Assembly: GCF_002075285.3 (NCBI RefSeq)
Contig: NZ_CP021983.2
Span: forward strand, 3,090,001 to 3,122,000
DNA length: 32,000 bases
Source of the DNA: Halomicronema hongdechloris C2206
GTDB lineage: Bacteria; Cyanobacteriota; Cyanobacteriia; Phormidesmidales; Phormidesmidaceae
Direction of reading: 5' to 3'
Position numbers and translations under genes: made by a program. The notes beneath the pieces were generated by a model. The model was not told the DNA's origin. It worked only from the letters and a program-made list of their open reading frames with translations, and searched no databases. Positions 1-8,465 of the stretch are shown piece after piece. Position 1 is the stretch's first letter. Each line of letters starts with the position of its first letter.

Positions 1-2565
1 CAGTTGTGGCAGTAGGGTCTCGATGATCAGGGCCTGAATGCCATTGCGACCGAAGGCATGGGCCACCGCCTGATGTACCCGCTGTTGATGGCGGGCCGCG
101 GTCAGGGCTTGCTGTTGGCTGTCGAGATGGGCCTGTTGCTGCTGCAGATACTGGTATTGCTGACGCAGGGCTCCCAACTGGGCCAGATGCTGCTCCCGAG
201 CCTGTTGACGCCCTTGCAGTTGCTGCTCTAGGTGGACCACTTCGGCCTGGGGATCGGGAGTGGTCTGCAGCCGTTGGTCTAGTTCGGTGAGCTCCGTCTG
301 TAGGCGGCTGAGTTCCTGCGATCGCATCTGCACCTGCCGCTCGATCTCATCCACCTGCTGCTGCACTTGGGGCTGCTGCTGCCGGGCCTGCTCCAGCGCC
401 TGGTACCGCAGCCGCCAATCTTGGGCCGCCCGCAGCTGCTGGCGCAGCTGATGATGATAGTCCGGGCTATAGTCGAGATGGGCTAACTGCTGCTCCACCT
501 GGCTCAGGTGTTGCTGCTGAGGCGATGCTGCCAAGGCTGCTAGCTGGGCTTCCACCTCTGCCAGGGTTGCCTCCAGGGCCTGACGGCGTCCTTGCAAGTG
601 GCGGTGCTTCTGCTGGGCCTGTTTAATCTCGGCCTGCTTGATCTCGGCCCAACGCAGCCGATCCACCTGTCCCCGGGCCAGGGCATGATCGCGCTCGTCG
701 TAGGGTAACTCGGCCAGTTGTTGCTCCACTGCCTGCAGGGCCGTCTGCACATCGGCGGCATAGTTCTGGTGCTCTAGGGCCTGGCGCAACTGGGTCTGCT
801 CCTGCAAAATCTGCTGCAACCGCTGTTGCATGCCGGCACTGCTATCCAGTTGGGCCTGCAGCTGTCCCCGCTGTTCCAGGGTGGGGTCGTAGTTGGCCAA
901 TTCAGCGTCTAGATCGCGATATTCCTGCCGTAGCACCTGCAGCTCCTTCTCCGACACCGCTAGTTGCTCCCGAATCACCCAGATCTCTCGCTGTAGGTCC
1001 TGCTGCTCCTGGCGATGGCGCGCTAAGATGCCTTGCCGGTGGTCCACTCCCAAGGTGCGATCGCACACCGGGCATGGGGCATCGGGCTGCGCCAACAACT
1101 CCATTTTCTGCTCCAGCTGGGCCAGTTGGGTTTCACAGGCCCGCTGTCTGTCCTGCAGCTGCTCCATGAAGCGACGGCGTTCCAACCCCTTTTCCCGCAC
1201 TCGCTCCTGATAGGCACGCCGCCGTTGCAACTGTTCTAGGGTATGGGTCACCTCCAGCACTGCCTGCTGCAACTGAGGCTGCTGAGCCTGGTGCTGCTTC
1301 AAAGTTTGCTCACTGTGGCTCAGTTCCTCCAAGCGAGCCGCCAGCCGCAGTGCTGCCTGTTGTAAGTCGCGCTGTAGCGCCTGGCACTGCTGCAGTAGCG
1401 GCAACACCTGTAGCTGCCGTTGATCGAGCTGATGCAAGCGCTCCTGGGCCTGGCGCAGCTGGGCCATCGCCGTCATCACCTGATCCTGCCTCTGCAAAAT
1501 GGCCGCCAGCTCCACCCCCTCCTGCTCCAGCCCTTGCAACTGCTGCTGAGCTTGCTGCTGTCGTCTCAGCAACTGATCTCGAGGCTGGGTGACCTGTTGC
1601 TGCAGCTGCTCTCGCTGGGCGTGTAACCGTTGGTAAGCTTCCCAAACCTGGGAGAGACGCGCCTCCTCCGCCTGTAGCTGTGACCACTGCCCATAGCCTT
1701 GGCTAATTGCCTCTGCCTGAGCCAACAACCGACTCACCGCCTGCTGCCGTTGCTGCAGCTCTTGCAATTCTTGCCGTAATCGGCTTCGTACTTGTTGACC
1801 GTGATCAACTTGCTGCAGTAGCAGTGTCCGCTGTTGTTGCCACCGTTGTCGCCGCTGCCGTTGCTCCTGCAACCCGGCCAGAGTAGTTTGGTCGGCTTGT
1901 TGTTGCTGATCGAGTGTGGCCAAGCGAGTGGTCAATTCCTGCTGCTGTTGTGCCACCAACTGCTGCTGACTCAATTGGGCCTGAAGATCCACCAGGGTTT
2001 GCTCCAAAACCTTAGCTTCGGCCTTGGCCTGGCGAACCCGCTCCTTAGCCTTATCCGCCAGCTGATCGTATTGATCCAACTTGAGTAAATCGGCCAGAAT
2101 CTGCTTGCGCTCACTGGGGCGCTTCAGCATGAACTCATCGGCGCGTCCCTGACGTAAATAGGCCGAGTTGACAAAGGTGTCATAGTCCAGTCGCAGCTGC
2201 TGGCAGATCAGCTGCTGCGTTGCCCGCACCCCTCGCCGAGTCAAGCTGAGAAAGCCTGACTCAGTTTCGACTTGAAATTCTAAAGAGCTATTCTGCCGAC
2301 GCCGGCGGCTGCGGAGAATGCGATAGGTCTGATGATGGTGCTCAAAGACAAAATCCACCTGAGCTTCCATCTCGCCCCCATGGATGACATCGTCATCGCA
2401 ACTGCCGCGACTCTGGCCCCAAAGTGCCCAGCTAATGGCCTCCAGTAATGATGACTTACCGGCTCCATTGGCTCCGGCAATACAGGCCACATGCAGGCCC
2501 TGGAAATTGAGACTGGCCTGCCGATAACTGAGGAAATTTGTCAGGGTCAATTGCTTGGGAATCAT
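1..2565 (-). CDS. sbcC: SbcC/Rad50-family double-strand-break repair ATPase, N-terminal ~855 codons (3' end lies beyond the window start)
   Basis: Absent from the ORF track because there is no stop in the window. My translation from the ATG (complement of 2563-2565) gives MIPKQLTLTNFLSYRQASLNFQGLHVACIAGANGAGKSSLLEAISWALWG, with Walker A GANGAGKS. A long Q/L/E/R-rich coiled coil follows. An in-frame CPVC zinc-hook motif sits at complement 1063-1074. Confidence 0.8.
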   Translation of the reverse strand, partial: MIPKQLTLTNFLSYRQASLNFQGLHVACIAGANGAGKSSLLEAISWALWGQSRGSCDDDVIHGGEMEAQVDFVFEHHHQTYRILRSRRRRQNSSLEFQVETESGFLSLTRRGVRATQQLICQQLRLDYDTFVNSAYLRQGRADEFMLKRPSERKQILADLLKLDQYDQLADKAKERVRQAKAEAKVLEQTLVDLQAQLSQQQLVAQQQQELTTRLATLDQQQQADQTTLAGLQEQRQRRQRWQQQRTLLLQQVDHGQQVRSRLRQELQELQQRQQAVSRLLAQAEAISQGYGQWSQLQAEEARLSQVWEAYQRLHAQREQLQQQVTQPRDQLLRRQQQAQQQLQGLEQEGVELAAILQRQDQVMTAMAQLRQAQERLHQLDQRQLQVLPLLQQCQALQRDLQQAALRLAARLEELSHSEQTLKQHQAQQPQLQQAVLEVTHTLEQLQRRRAYQERVREKGLERRRFMEQLQDRQRACETQLAQLEQKMELLAQPDAPCPVCDRTLGVDHRQGILARHRQEQQDLQREIWVIREQLAVSEKELQVLRQEYRDLDAELANYDPTLEQRGQLQAQLDSSAGMQQRLQQILQEQTQLRQALEHQNYAADVQTALQAVEQQLAELPYDERDHALARGQVDRLRWAEIKQAEIKQAQQKHRHLQGRRQALEATLAEVEAQLAALAASPQQQHLSQVEQQLAHLDYSPDYHHQLRQQLRAAQDWRLRYQALEQARQQQPQVQQQVDEIERQVQMRSQELSRLQTELTELDQRLQTTPDPQAEVVHLEQQLQGRQQAREQHLAQLGALRQQYQYLQQQQAHLDSQQQALTAARHQQRVHQAVAHAFGRNGIQALIIETLLPQL

Positions 2566-2628
2566 CCATTTGCCCTGGGCCGCATCCAATACGATAGCAG
2601 TACACGCGATCGTTAATACAGGCGATCT

Positions 2629-3432
2629 CTATGCCCTGTGGATAAATAGGTCATAGAGGGACAAAATCACCTCAATCACGATCAAAATCACCACATACAA
2701 CTCCAACCGCAGGCCCGTATTTTGTTGTTGTAAATCCAAGGCCGTTTCAGCGGTGCGGGCAACTAGCTCCAACTTACGGTCGAGGGCAGCATGGCGCTCG
2801 CGAATTTCGTACTCATCCTCTAGGCGTAGATACAGTCGATCCAGCTCTGGATACTCCCACAGCAGTTCCGGCTTATCAATGATTTCCACCCGTCCCACCG
2901 TCTTATGCTGAATCAAGAGGGTATTGCCAATTTGCTTCAGCAGCTCCTGCCCACGATGGCGGTTTTGCCCAGGTTGTTGCAAGCTGACAGCAAAGGGTTC
3001 AATTTGATCAAAGACCTGGGCTGCCCCAACCTCATAGTGAGCCAGGACAACACTCTTGGCCAGCACCTCTGCCACCAACTGCAGGCTAGCCGGATCAAAC
3101 TGGGATAACCAGACGACACCATCCTCCACCTTGCCAGCATTGCTTGGCCGCAAGCGAATCATCACGGCCTCCGTCTCAGGATGCTCAAAACAGTCCTGGG
3201 TGTGGGCCTGCACCCGCTCCAGGAAGGCCGTCTCTTGGCAGGGCGACGCCCCAAATACCACAAACGCCCCATAGTCAAAGACAACCGCTTGCCCCGACTC
3301 ACCAATGGTAGTCATCAGGGGTGACATCATGCTGGTTACTGGATCACTAAAGGGTTTGAGATCGATGCTTTGGCCTAAAAAATAGGCTCGTGCTTGAATA
3401 ACGTCCTGATCGGGAAACAGTAGGGTAGACAT
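2629..3432 (-). CDS. RMD1/DUF155 family protein with a C-terminal TM helix
   Basis: 267-aa ORF. The pattern VVFDYGAFVVFG ... LAKSVVLAHYE ... KPELLWEYPELDRLYLRLEDEYEIRERHAALDRKLELV ... LELYVVILIVIEVILSLYDLF matches my recollection of DUF155. Confidence 0.65.
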   Translation of the reverse strand: MSTLLFPDQDVIQARAYFLGQSIDLKPFSDPVTSMMSPLMTTIGESGQAVVFDYGAFVVFGASPCQETAFLERVQAHTQDCFEHPETEAVMIRLRPSNAGKVEDGVVWLSQFDPASLQLVAEVLAKSVVLAHYEVGAAQVFDQIEPFAVSLQQPGQNRHRGQELLKQIGNTLLIQHKTVGRVEIIDKPELLWEYPELDRLYLRLEDEYEIRERHAALDRKLELVARTAETALDLQQQNTGLRLELYVVILIVIEVILSLYDLFIHRA

Positions 3433-3688
3433 TTGAACATAGGTGGTTGGCTAGGATTGATCCCAAGTATGGTCTGGGATCAGTCGGGATGGTTGGTCAC
3501 CCCAATGGGGTGCCGACGGCCATGGGGTATCTCGCCACACCATGACCAACGGTACTGGCGTGGCTCCCAGGTTGGGCCCTCAGGCAATACCGAATGACCT
3601 AAGCTACCTGACAGAGGCAATATATCGAGCTTATCTATAGCGCGTCTATGCCGATGAGTTGGTCACCGCAGATGACAGTTAGGCAACC

Positions 3689-4270
3689 ATGATGAAACGT
3701 GTGTTATTTGTTTTGGGAGTGCTAGAGGATGATGATATTGATTGGCTACTAACCGTAGGGCAACGCTTAGAGTTCCATGCCGGCGATGTCTTGATTCGAC
3801 AGCAACAGCAGGCTGAGGCCATTTATCTGCTGCTCGATGGCACTCTCCATGTGTCCGTAGCCTCCTGGCCCGATCAAATTATCGCTGAGCTATCCAGCGG
3901 CGAAGTCGTGGGAGAAATGTCCTTTGTTGACACCCGGCCGCCGTCAGCCACGGTGACAGCCGCTACTCCGGCATTGTTACTGGCCATTCCTTGGTCCCCC
4001 CTGCAGTCAATGCTTCAGCAGGACAGCCGCTTCGCCGCTCGATTCTACCGAGCCCTGGCGATCCTACTCTCTAGCCGGCTACGCACCACCGTTCAGCACC
4101 TCGAGGGCGAACATTGGCAACCGGTAGTGCTGTCGGATCAAGAATGTTCCCGCGATATGGCCGAAACGATTTCCCTTGGAGGTATCCGCTTCGATTGGTT
4201 GATGCGTCGACTGCGCGATAACCCGACGGCCCCCACTGAGGCCGATTGGCCCACCTCAGAGCCAGAGTAG
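3689..4270 (+). CDS. Cyclic-nucleotide-binding domain protein
   Basis: 193-aa ORF. A cNMP-binding beta-roll signature is present: FHAGDVLIRQQQQAEAIYLLLDGTLHVS ... GEVVGEMSFVDTRPPSATVTA. Confidence 0.75.
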   Translation: MMKRVLFVLGVLEDDDIDWLLTVGQRLEFHAGDVLIRQQQQAEAIYLLLDGTLHVSVASWPDQIIAELSSGEVVGEMSFVDTRPPSATVTAATPALLLAIPWSPLQSMLQQDSRFAARFYRALAILLSSRLRTTVQHLEGEHWQPVVLSDQECSRDMAETISLGGIRFDWLMRRLRDNPTAPTEADWPTSEPE

Positions 4271-4524
4271 ACTCGTCCTAGAGGGGAGCTACTGGCGCGG
4301 AACAGTCCCTGATGTCACACTGGTAGGATAGCAATGGAGGCATCAATCTGCTCAAGTCTCTGGGCTGGCAGGCTTTATCATTCGATCTATATCATTCGAT
4401 CTAGTAGTTGCGACTGCTGGCAAGTCAGATAGCGCTCAGATGTAGAGCGTTGGCTAGCTCAAACTATTTCGCCTTATCTGGCTCAATCTATAGCTCTATT
4501 CACCCTTGAACTCAGCTCCCGAGA

Positions 4525-5001
4525 ATGGCTTCAGAACCGCATCTCAACAGCATTTTAATCGTCGAAGATAGTAAGGGCCGCCGAGAGATCACTCTGGATG
4601 GGTCGGTGTATTCCATCGGTCGCGACCCCAAGTGTGATATACGGCTATCATCCCAGTTTGTGTCTCGTCACCATGCCACGTTGGTGCAGCTACCCAAGGA
4701 CGACAATTCCTATTACTACCGCATTGTCGATGGCAATCTGAAGGGCAAGCCTAGTGCCAATGGCATGTTGATTAACGGCCGCAAATTACAGGCCCATGAT
4801 TTGAAAAACGAAGACGAGATCGTATTTGGCCCCCAAGCTCGCGCGATTTATTATCAGCTCAAGCGAGATGCCTCCTCCACCTTACCGCCAGACGAATTCG
4901 ACATTACCCTCATCAGCCCCAACATGGTAGAAGAGGAGACTGATGAAAAGATGGCCGAAGATGATGATGGCATGGAACCGCCCAGCATCTCTAAGCATTA
5001 A
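4525..5001 (+). CDS. FHA domain-containing protein
   Basis: 158-aa ORF. FHA motifs are present: YSIGRDPKCDIRLSSQFVSRHHATLV ... NGMLINGRKL ... EDEIVFG. The C-terminal tail is acidic. Confidence 0.85.
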   Translation: MASEPHLNSILIVEDSKGRREITLDGSVYSIGRDPKCDIRLSSQFVSRHHATLVQLPKDDNSYYYRIVDGNLKGKPSANGMLINGRKLQAHDLKNEDEIVFGPQARAIYYQLKRDASSTLPPDEFDITLISPNMVEEETDEKMAEDDDGMEPPSISKH

Positions 5002-5024
5002 TTAAGCATTAATTAAGCATTAAT
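4992..5024. repeat. 11-nt tandem repeat TAAGCATTAAT x3 overlapping the FHA stop codon
   Basis: Direct reading: taagcattaat taagcattaat taagcattaat. Confidence 0.9.
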
Positions 5025-5098
5025 TGGCACTAGTACGTCGCACCTCACGTCGAGACATCGCCCATCCCCTGTTAGGTGGTTAGGTAGCGCTGCAGATG

Positions 5099-5431
5099 CT
5101 AGGACGGTTGCCAGAGGGTCGAGGTGGAAATGGCTTGATTGACGACTTCAAACACTTTCTGGCAGTGGTTGTTGCGCCGTAGGGGCAGCTCTTCATTCTT
5201 GACCACCAGGCTGATCTTGACCTCCTGATCTTGAGACGTGGGAGGATTAATCAGCAACTCGATGGTGGCTAGTTGGCTGATGGAAACCTGCCCAGGCTTT
5301 TCCTTTGCCACCAGATAATCTGCCGTCTCGTAGATCAAGTTAAAATCGCACGATTGCAGAGTGCTAATCAAGGACTGACGCAAGGTCGGGATGGAGTTTG
5401 CTGTCTTAAACAAATTGGTGTATCGAGCCAT
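5099..5431 (-). CDS. Hypothetical protein; start chosen at the internal Met (MARYTNLFK...)
   Basis: The ORF is 5099..5476. No recognisable motifs. The start position is uncertain. Confidence 0.45.
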   Translation of the reverse strand: MARYTNLFKTANSIPTLRQSLISTLQSCDFNLIYETADYLVAKEKPGQVSISQLATIELLINPPTSQDQEVKISLVVKNEELPLRRNNHCQKVFEVVNQAISTSTLWQPS

Positions 5432-5825
5432 GGCTTTTTCCGATGGAGAGCATCTAGCGGGTACACACGTGGGCACGAACTATCAGGAATAAGCTGCTGT
5501 CAGCTAAGTTTCCTCGATTGACTCCGGTAACCTCAGGGGTTCAGAGCGCTCGACATCCTGCAGACTAAGGAATACTAATAGCTTAGCAAGGTCACCCTTT
5601 ATCCTAAAGATGAGGACTGTATCAGGCTATCACAGTCACAATCAGGCTCTTGTCACGCTGTCAGTTTGGAGCCCCTAGCTTAATTTCTTGCTCAGGATTA
5701 CCCTCAAGCTTGCATCCTTTACCAGGCTAGATTGTAGATTATGTTACTAATTCTTAAGGAAATGCCGCGCTTGTCTCAATGCCTAGGGCAAATGATTTAA
5801 GGATTTCGATGGGGCAGGACCAGCT

Positions 5826-6512
5826 ATGCAAGGAAAACTTATTGTCTTGGAAGGGATAGAAGGCTGTGGCAAGACAACTCAATTGGGGTATTTACACCGT
5901 TGGTTACGGACTCAGCCACTGATTCAAGCGCTCCGGGGCCAAGGTCAGATTGGCGATATCATCATCACTCGGGAACCAGGGGGAACCCCTTTAGGCGGGG
6001 AATTACGTCAGCTGTTACTGACTCAAACCACCACGACTGCCATTGCCGCTCGCACGGAATTATTGCTCTACGCCGCGGATCGGGCCCAGCATGTAGAGGA
6101 GGTTCTATCCCCGGCGTTGGCTCGGGGCTGTTTAATTCTATGCGATCGCTATGTGGATTCAACCGTGGCCTACCAAGGCTATGGCCGTGGCATAGATTTA
6201 ACCTTGATTGAGCAGCTCAACCAAATCGCCACTGGCGGTTTAGTCCCTGATTTGACCCTGTGGCTGCAGCTGGGGGCAACCACAGGGTTGGCTCGTAGTC
6301 GCCAACGGGGCAGCATTGACCGCATGGAGCAGGCTGATGTGGCCTTTCATCAACGAGTGCAACAGGGCTTTGAAGCCTTAGCAGCGGCTCATCCCCAGCG
6401 GATTGTGCCAGTGGCTGCGGCAGCTCCCGTGACTGAGGTGACTCAGCAGATCCAAACAATTGTGATGCAGCGCTTGCAGCGATGGTATCGTCCCCTTTCT
6501 CCGGTCTCGTAG
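5826..6512 (+). CDS. tmk: Thymidylate kinase
   Basis: P-loop GKLIVLEGIEGCGKTTQ, TREPGGTPLG, and the LLYAADRAQH and DRYVDSTVAYQGYGRG motifs. Confidence 0.92.
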   Translation: MQGKLIVLEGIEGCGKTTQLGYLHRWLRTQPLIQALRGQGQIGDIIITREPGGTPLGGELRQLLLTQTTTTAIAARTELLLYAADRAQHVEEVLSPALARGCLILCDRYVDSTVAYQGYGRGIDLTLIEQLNQIATGGLVPDLTLWLQLGATTGLARSRQRGSIDRMEQADVAFHQRVQQGFEALAAAHPQRIVPVAAAAPVTEVTQQIQTIVMQRLQRWYRPLSPVS

Positions 6513-7429
6513 GCCAATCGACAGCAGTAGCCTTGCTAACCCGGGCCGTGCAACAGCAGCGAGTCGCCCCTGCCTATCTCTTTGCCGGTCCAGAGGGCGT
6601 GGGACGACGGCGAGCCGCTTTGGCCTTGGCTGAGTGGCTCTTGCACACTCCATCTAGTCAGGCAGGTAACTTACGCCATCGCCTGCAGCAGGGCAATCAT
6701 CCTGATCTGCTTTGGGTGGAGCCAACCTACTTGCACCAGGGTCGGCCGGTGACGGTAGCAGAGGCCATGGAGTTGGGCCTGCGCCGTAAGAGTCCGCCCC
6801 AGATCCGGCTGGAACAGGTGCGACAGATCGGAGGCTTTCTCAGTCGCCCGGCCCTGGAGGCGGCTCAGTCTTTGGTGATAATCGAGGCCGCCGAAACCAT
6901 GGCGGAAGCCGCCGCCAATGGCCTGCTGAAAACCTTGGAGGAGCCCGGTCGGGCCACCTTGATTCTGCTGGCGCCGGACGCCACGACCCTGCTACCTACG
7001 TTGATCTCTCGCTGTCAGACGATTCCGTTTGTGCGCTTGGCGGCTGCGGATCTGCAGCAGGTGCTGCAGCAGACTGGGCATACAGATATTCTGCGGCACC
7101 CCGAGGTATTGGCCATGGCCCAGGGCAGTCCCGGCCATGCGATCGCATGTTGGCAACAGCTGCAGACCATCCCCGCCGACTTGCTAACCACCCTGCACCG
7201 TCCTCCCCGCAGCCTGCGGGACGCCTTAGAACGCGCCCGCCACATCACTAGCACCCTGGATACCGAGACCCAACTCTGGCTGATCGATTACCTGCAGCAG
7301 CATTACTGGCAACAGGGCCTCACCACCCTGGCCATCCTACAGCGATTAGAGCAAGCCCGCCGTCAGCTGCGCAGCTTCGTGCAGCCGCGGCTGGTGTGGG
7401 AGGTGGCCTGGATGGAGATGGTGGGGTGA
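6482..7429 (+). CDS. holB: DNA polymerase III delta' subunit
   Basis: GQSTAVALLTRAVQQQRVAPAYLFAGPEGVGRR, NGLLKTLEEP and SRCQTIPF motifs. It overlaps the tmk 3' end, the usual tmk-holB arrangement. Confidence 0.85.
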   Translation: MVSSPFSGLVGQSTAVALLTRAVQQQRVAPAYLFAGPEGVGRRRAALALAEWLLHTPSSQAGNLRHRLQQGNHPDLLWVEPTYLHQGRPVTVAEAMELGLRRKSPPQIRLEQVRQIGGFLSRPALEAAQSLVIIEAAETMAEAAANGLLKTLEEPGRATLILLAPDATTLLPTLISRCQTIPFVRLAAADLQQVLQQTGHTDILRHPEVLAMAQGSPGHAIACWQQLQTIPADLLTTLHRPPRSLRDALERARHITSTLDTETQLWLIDYLQQHYWQQGLTTLAILQRLEQARRQLRSFVQPRLVWEVAWMEMVG

Positions 7430-7508
7430 TGTTTAGTGAAGAGTGAAGGGTGAAGAGTGACGGGTAGATAGGTGGTGGGGTGTTGGCGGAGCCTGCCCGA
7501 AGGGCTTA

Positions 7509-7640
7509 GGGGTGATGGGGTGATGGGGTGATGGGGTGATGGGGTGATGGGGTGATGGGGTGATGGGGTGATGGGGTGATGGGGGATGGGTGATGGGGTG
7601 ATGGGGTGATGGGGTGATGGGGTGATGGGTGATGGGGTGT
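7509..7640. repeat. G-rich octamer tandem array (GGGGTGAT, ~16 units, two imperfect); STRR-like
   Basis: Direct reading. Near-identical ~30-nt direct repeats (ggggtgt(t)ggcggagcYtgccYgRagggct) flank it at 7486-7510 and 7634-7665. A GAGTTTT x3 heptamer follows at 7663-7683. The 168-aa minus-strand ORF across it (PITPSPHH repeats) is an artefact. Confidence 0.95.
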
Positions 7641-7790
7641 GGCGGAGCTTGCCTGGAGGGCTGAGTTTTGAGTTTTGAGTTTTGAGTGAGTGAATGGTTT
7701 GGCTCCCTGTCAAACGGTGATTGGGCGGGTGAGTCGGTCGATAGCGGATAGAGGGTAGGGGCGCGGTTGCCGGGCCCAAGGCAGAAAACC

Positions 7791-8206
7791 TAACGACCAA
7801 TCGACCAGCCCTGCCGCAGGTCCAGGGCAGCAGCGCGGAAAAGGCAGCGGGCTTCAATTCAAAATTCAAAATTTATTGCTACCGTGCCGATGCGACGCGA
7901 TCCAGCACTGCTAATCGACATGCCCGTCCGCAGGTCCAGGGCAGCGGTTTGCCCTGGTCGTCGGAGTCCGAGGGGAGCGAATCCCCTCGGGCGAGCGCTC
8001 TGGCTTGGAAAACCAAGTGTGGTCTTACCGAGGTTTACCACACCTTGCCAATGCAACGCGATTCACGACGGCTGATCAATAGCCCTTCCGCAGGTCCAGG
8101 CGGCGGCACGCCCGGGTCGTAGGGGTCCGGGGAAAGCGAAATTTCCCCGGGTGAGCACCCCGAGCTACACAATTAAGCATGGCCTTACCGAGGTCTACCG
8201 CCACTA
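7791..8206 (+). repeat. Hairpin-bearing repeat family: partial copy (7791-7850) plus two tandem ~160-nt copies (7888-8048, 8049-8206)
   Basis: The copies share ...ccgcaggtccagg, hairpin 1 (ccagggca/tgccctgg versus ccaggcg/cgcccgg), gtcgt, hairpin 2 (ccgagggga-gcgaa-tcccctcgg versus ccggggaaa-gcga-aatttccccgg), and ggYcttaccgaggtYtacc. A third full copy is inverted at 14150-14362. Confidence 0.8.
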
Positions 8207-8465
8207 CCCAAAAGCCCTCCCCCGCTTTCCCCCGATGGTCCTAGCGTTTAGGATAGAAGCGATATCTCGATCCATTTATTACCCGATCATTACTGGCGTG
8301 ACGCTATGACTGCTAGCCGTACTGAACCCAGATCCCTCAAGACAGTATGGTTGCTGATTGGCGCCTTAATATTTTTAGGAGGCGTCTCCTGGTGGGTGAC
8401 CCGCAATATCCTACAGTCCCGTCAGGCCCGCCCAAGAGGAAGCCAGCCAGCCCCCTCCCCGTCAG

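Noticed and set aside
260-2492. Many 60-125-aa ORFs on both strands (for example 1310..1687-, 1350..1592+, 1834..2088+, 2280..2492-)
   Set aside because: All lie inside, and out of frame with, the long sbcC coiled-coil ORF. The CAG/CTG-rich sequence keeps alternative frames open, and the products are low-complexity.
7363-7869. 168-aa minus-strand ORF rich in PITPSPHH repeats
   Set aside because: It is the translation of the GGGGTGAT octamer array and flanking repeats. It has no start context and no coding signature outside the repeat.
7888-8206. tRNA, tmRNA, RNase P or group II intron domain V identity for the hairpin repeat
   Set aside because: There is no cloverleaf, no T-loop GTTCRANYC in the proper context, no RNase P conserved GGAAAGTCCGG-type block and no AGC-triad domain V helix. 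The element is left unassigned.
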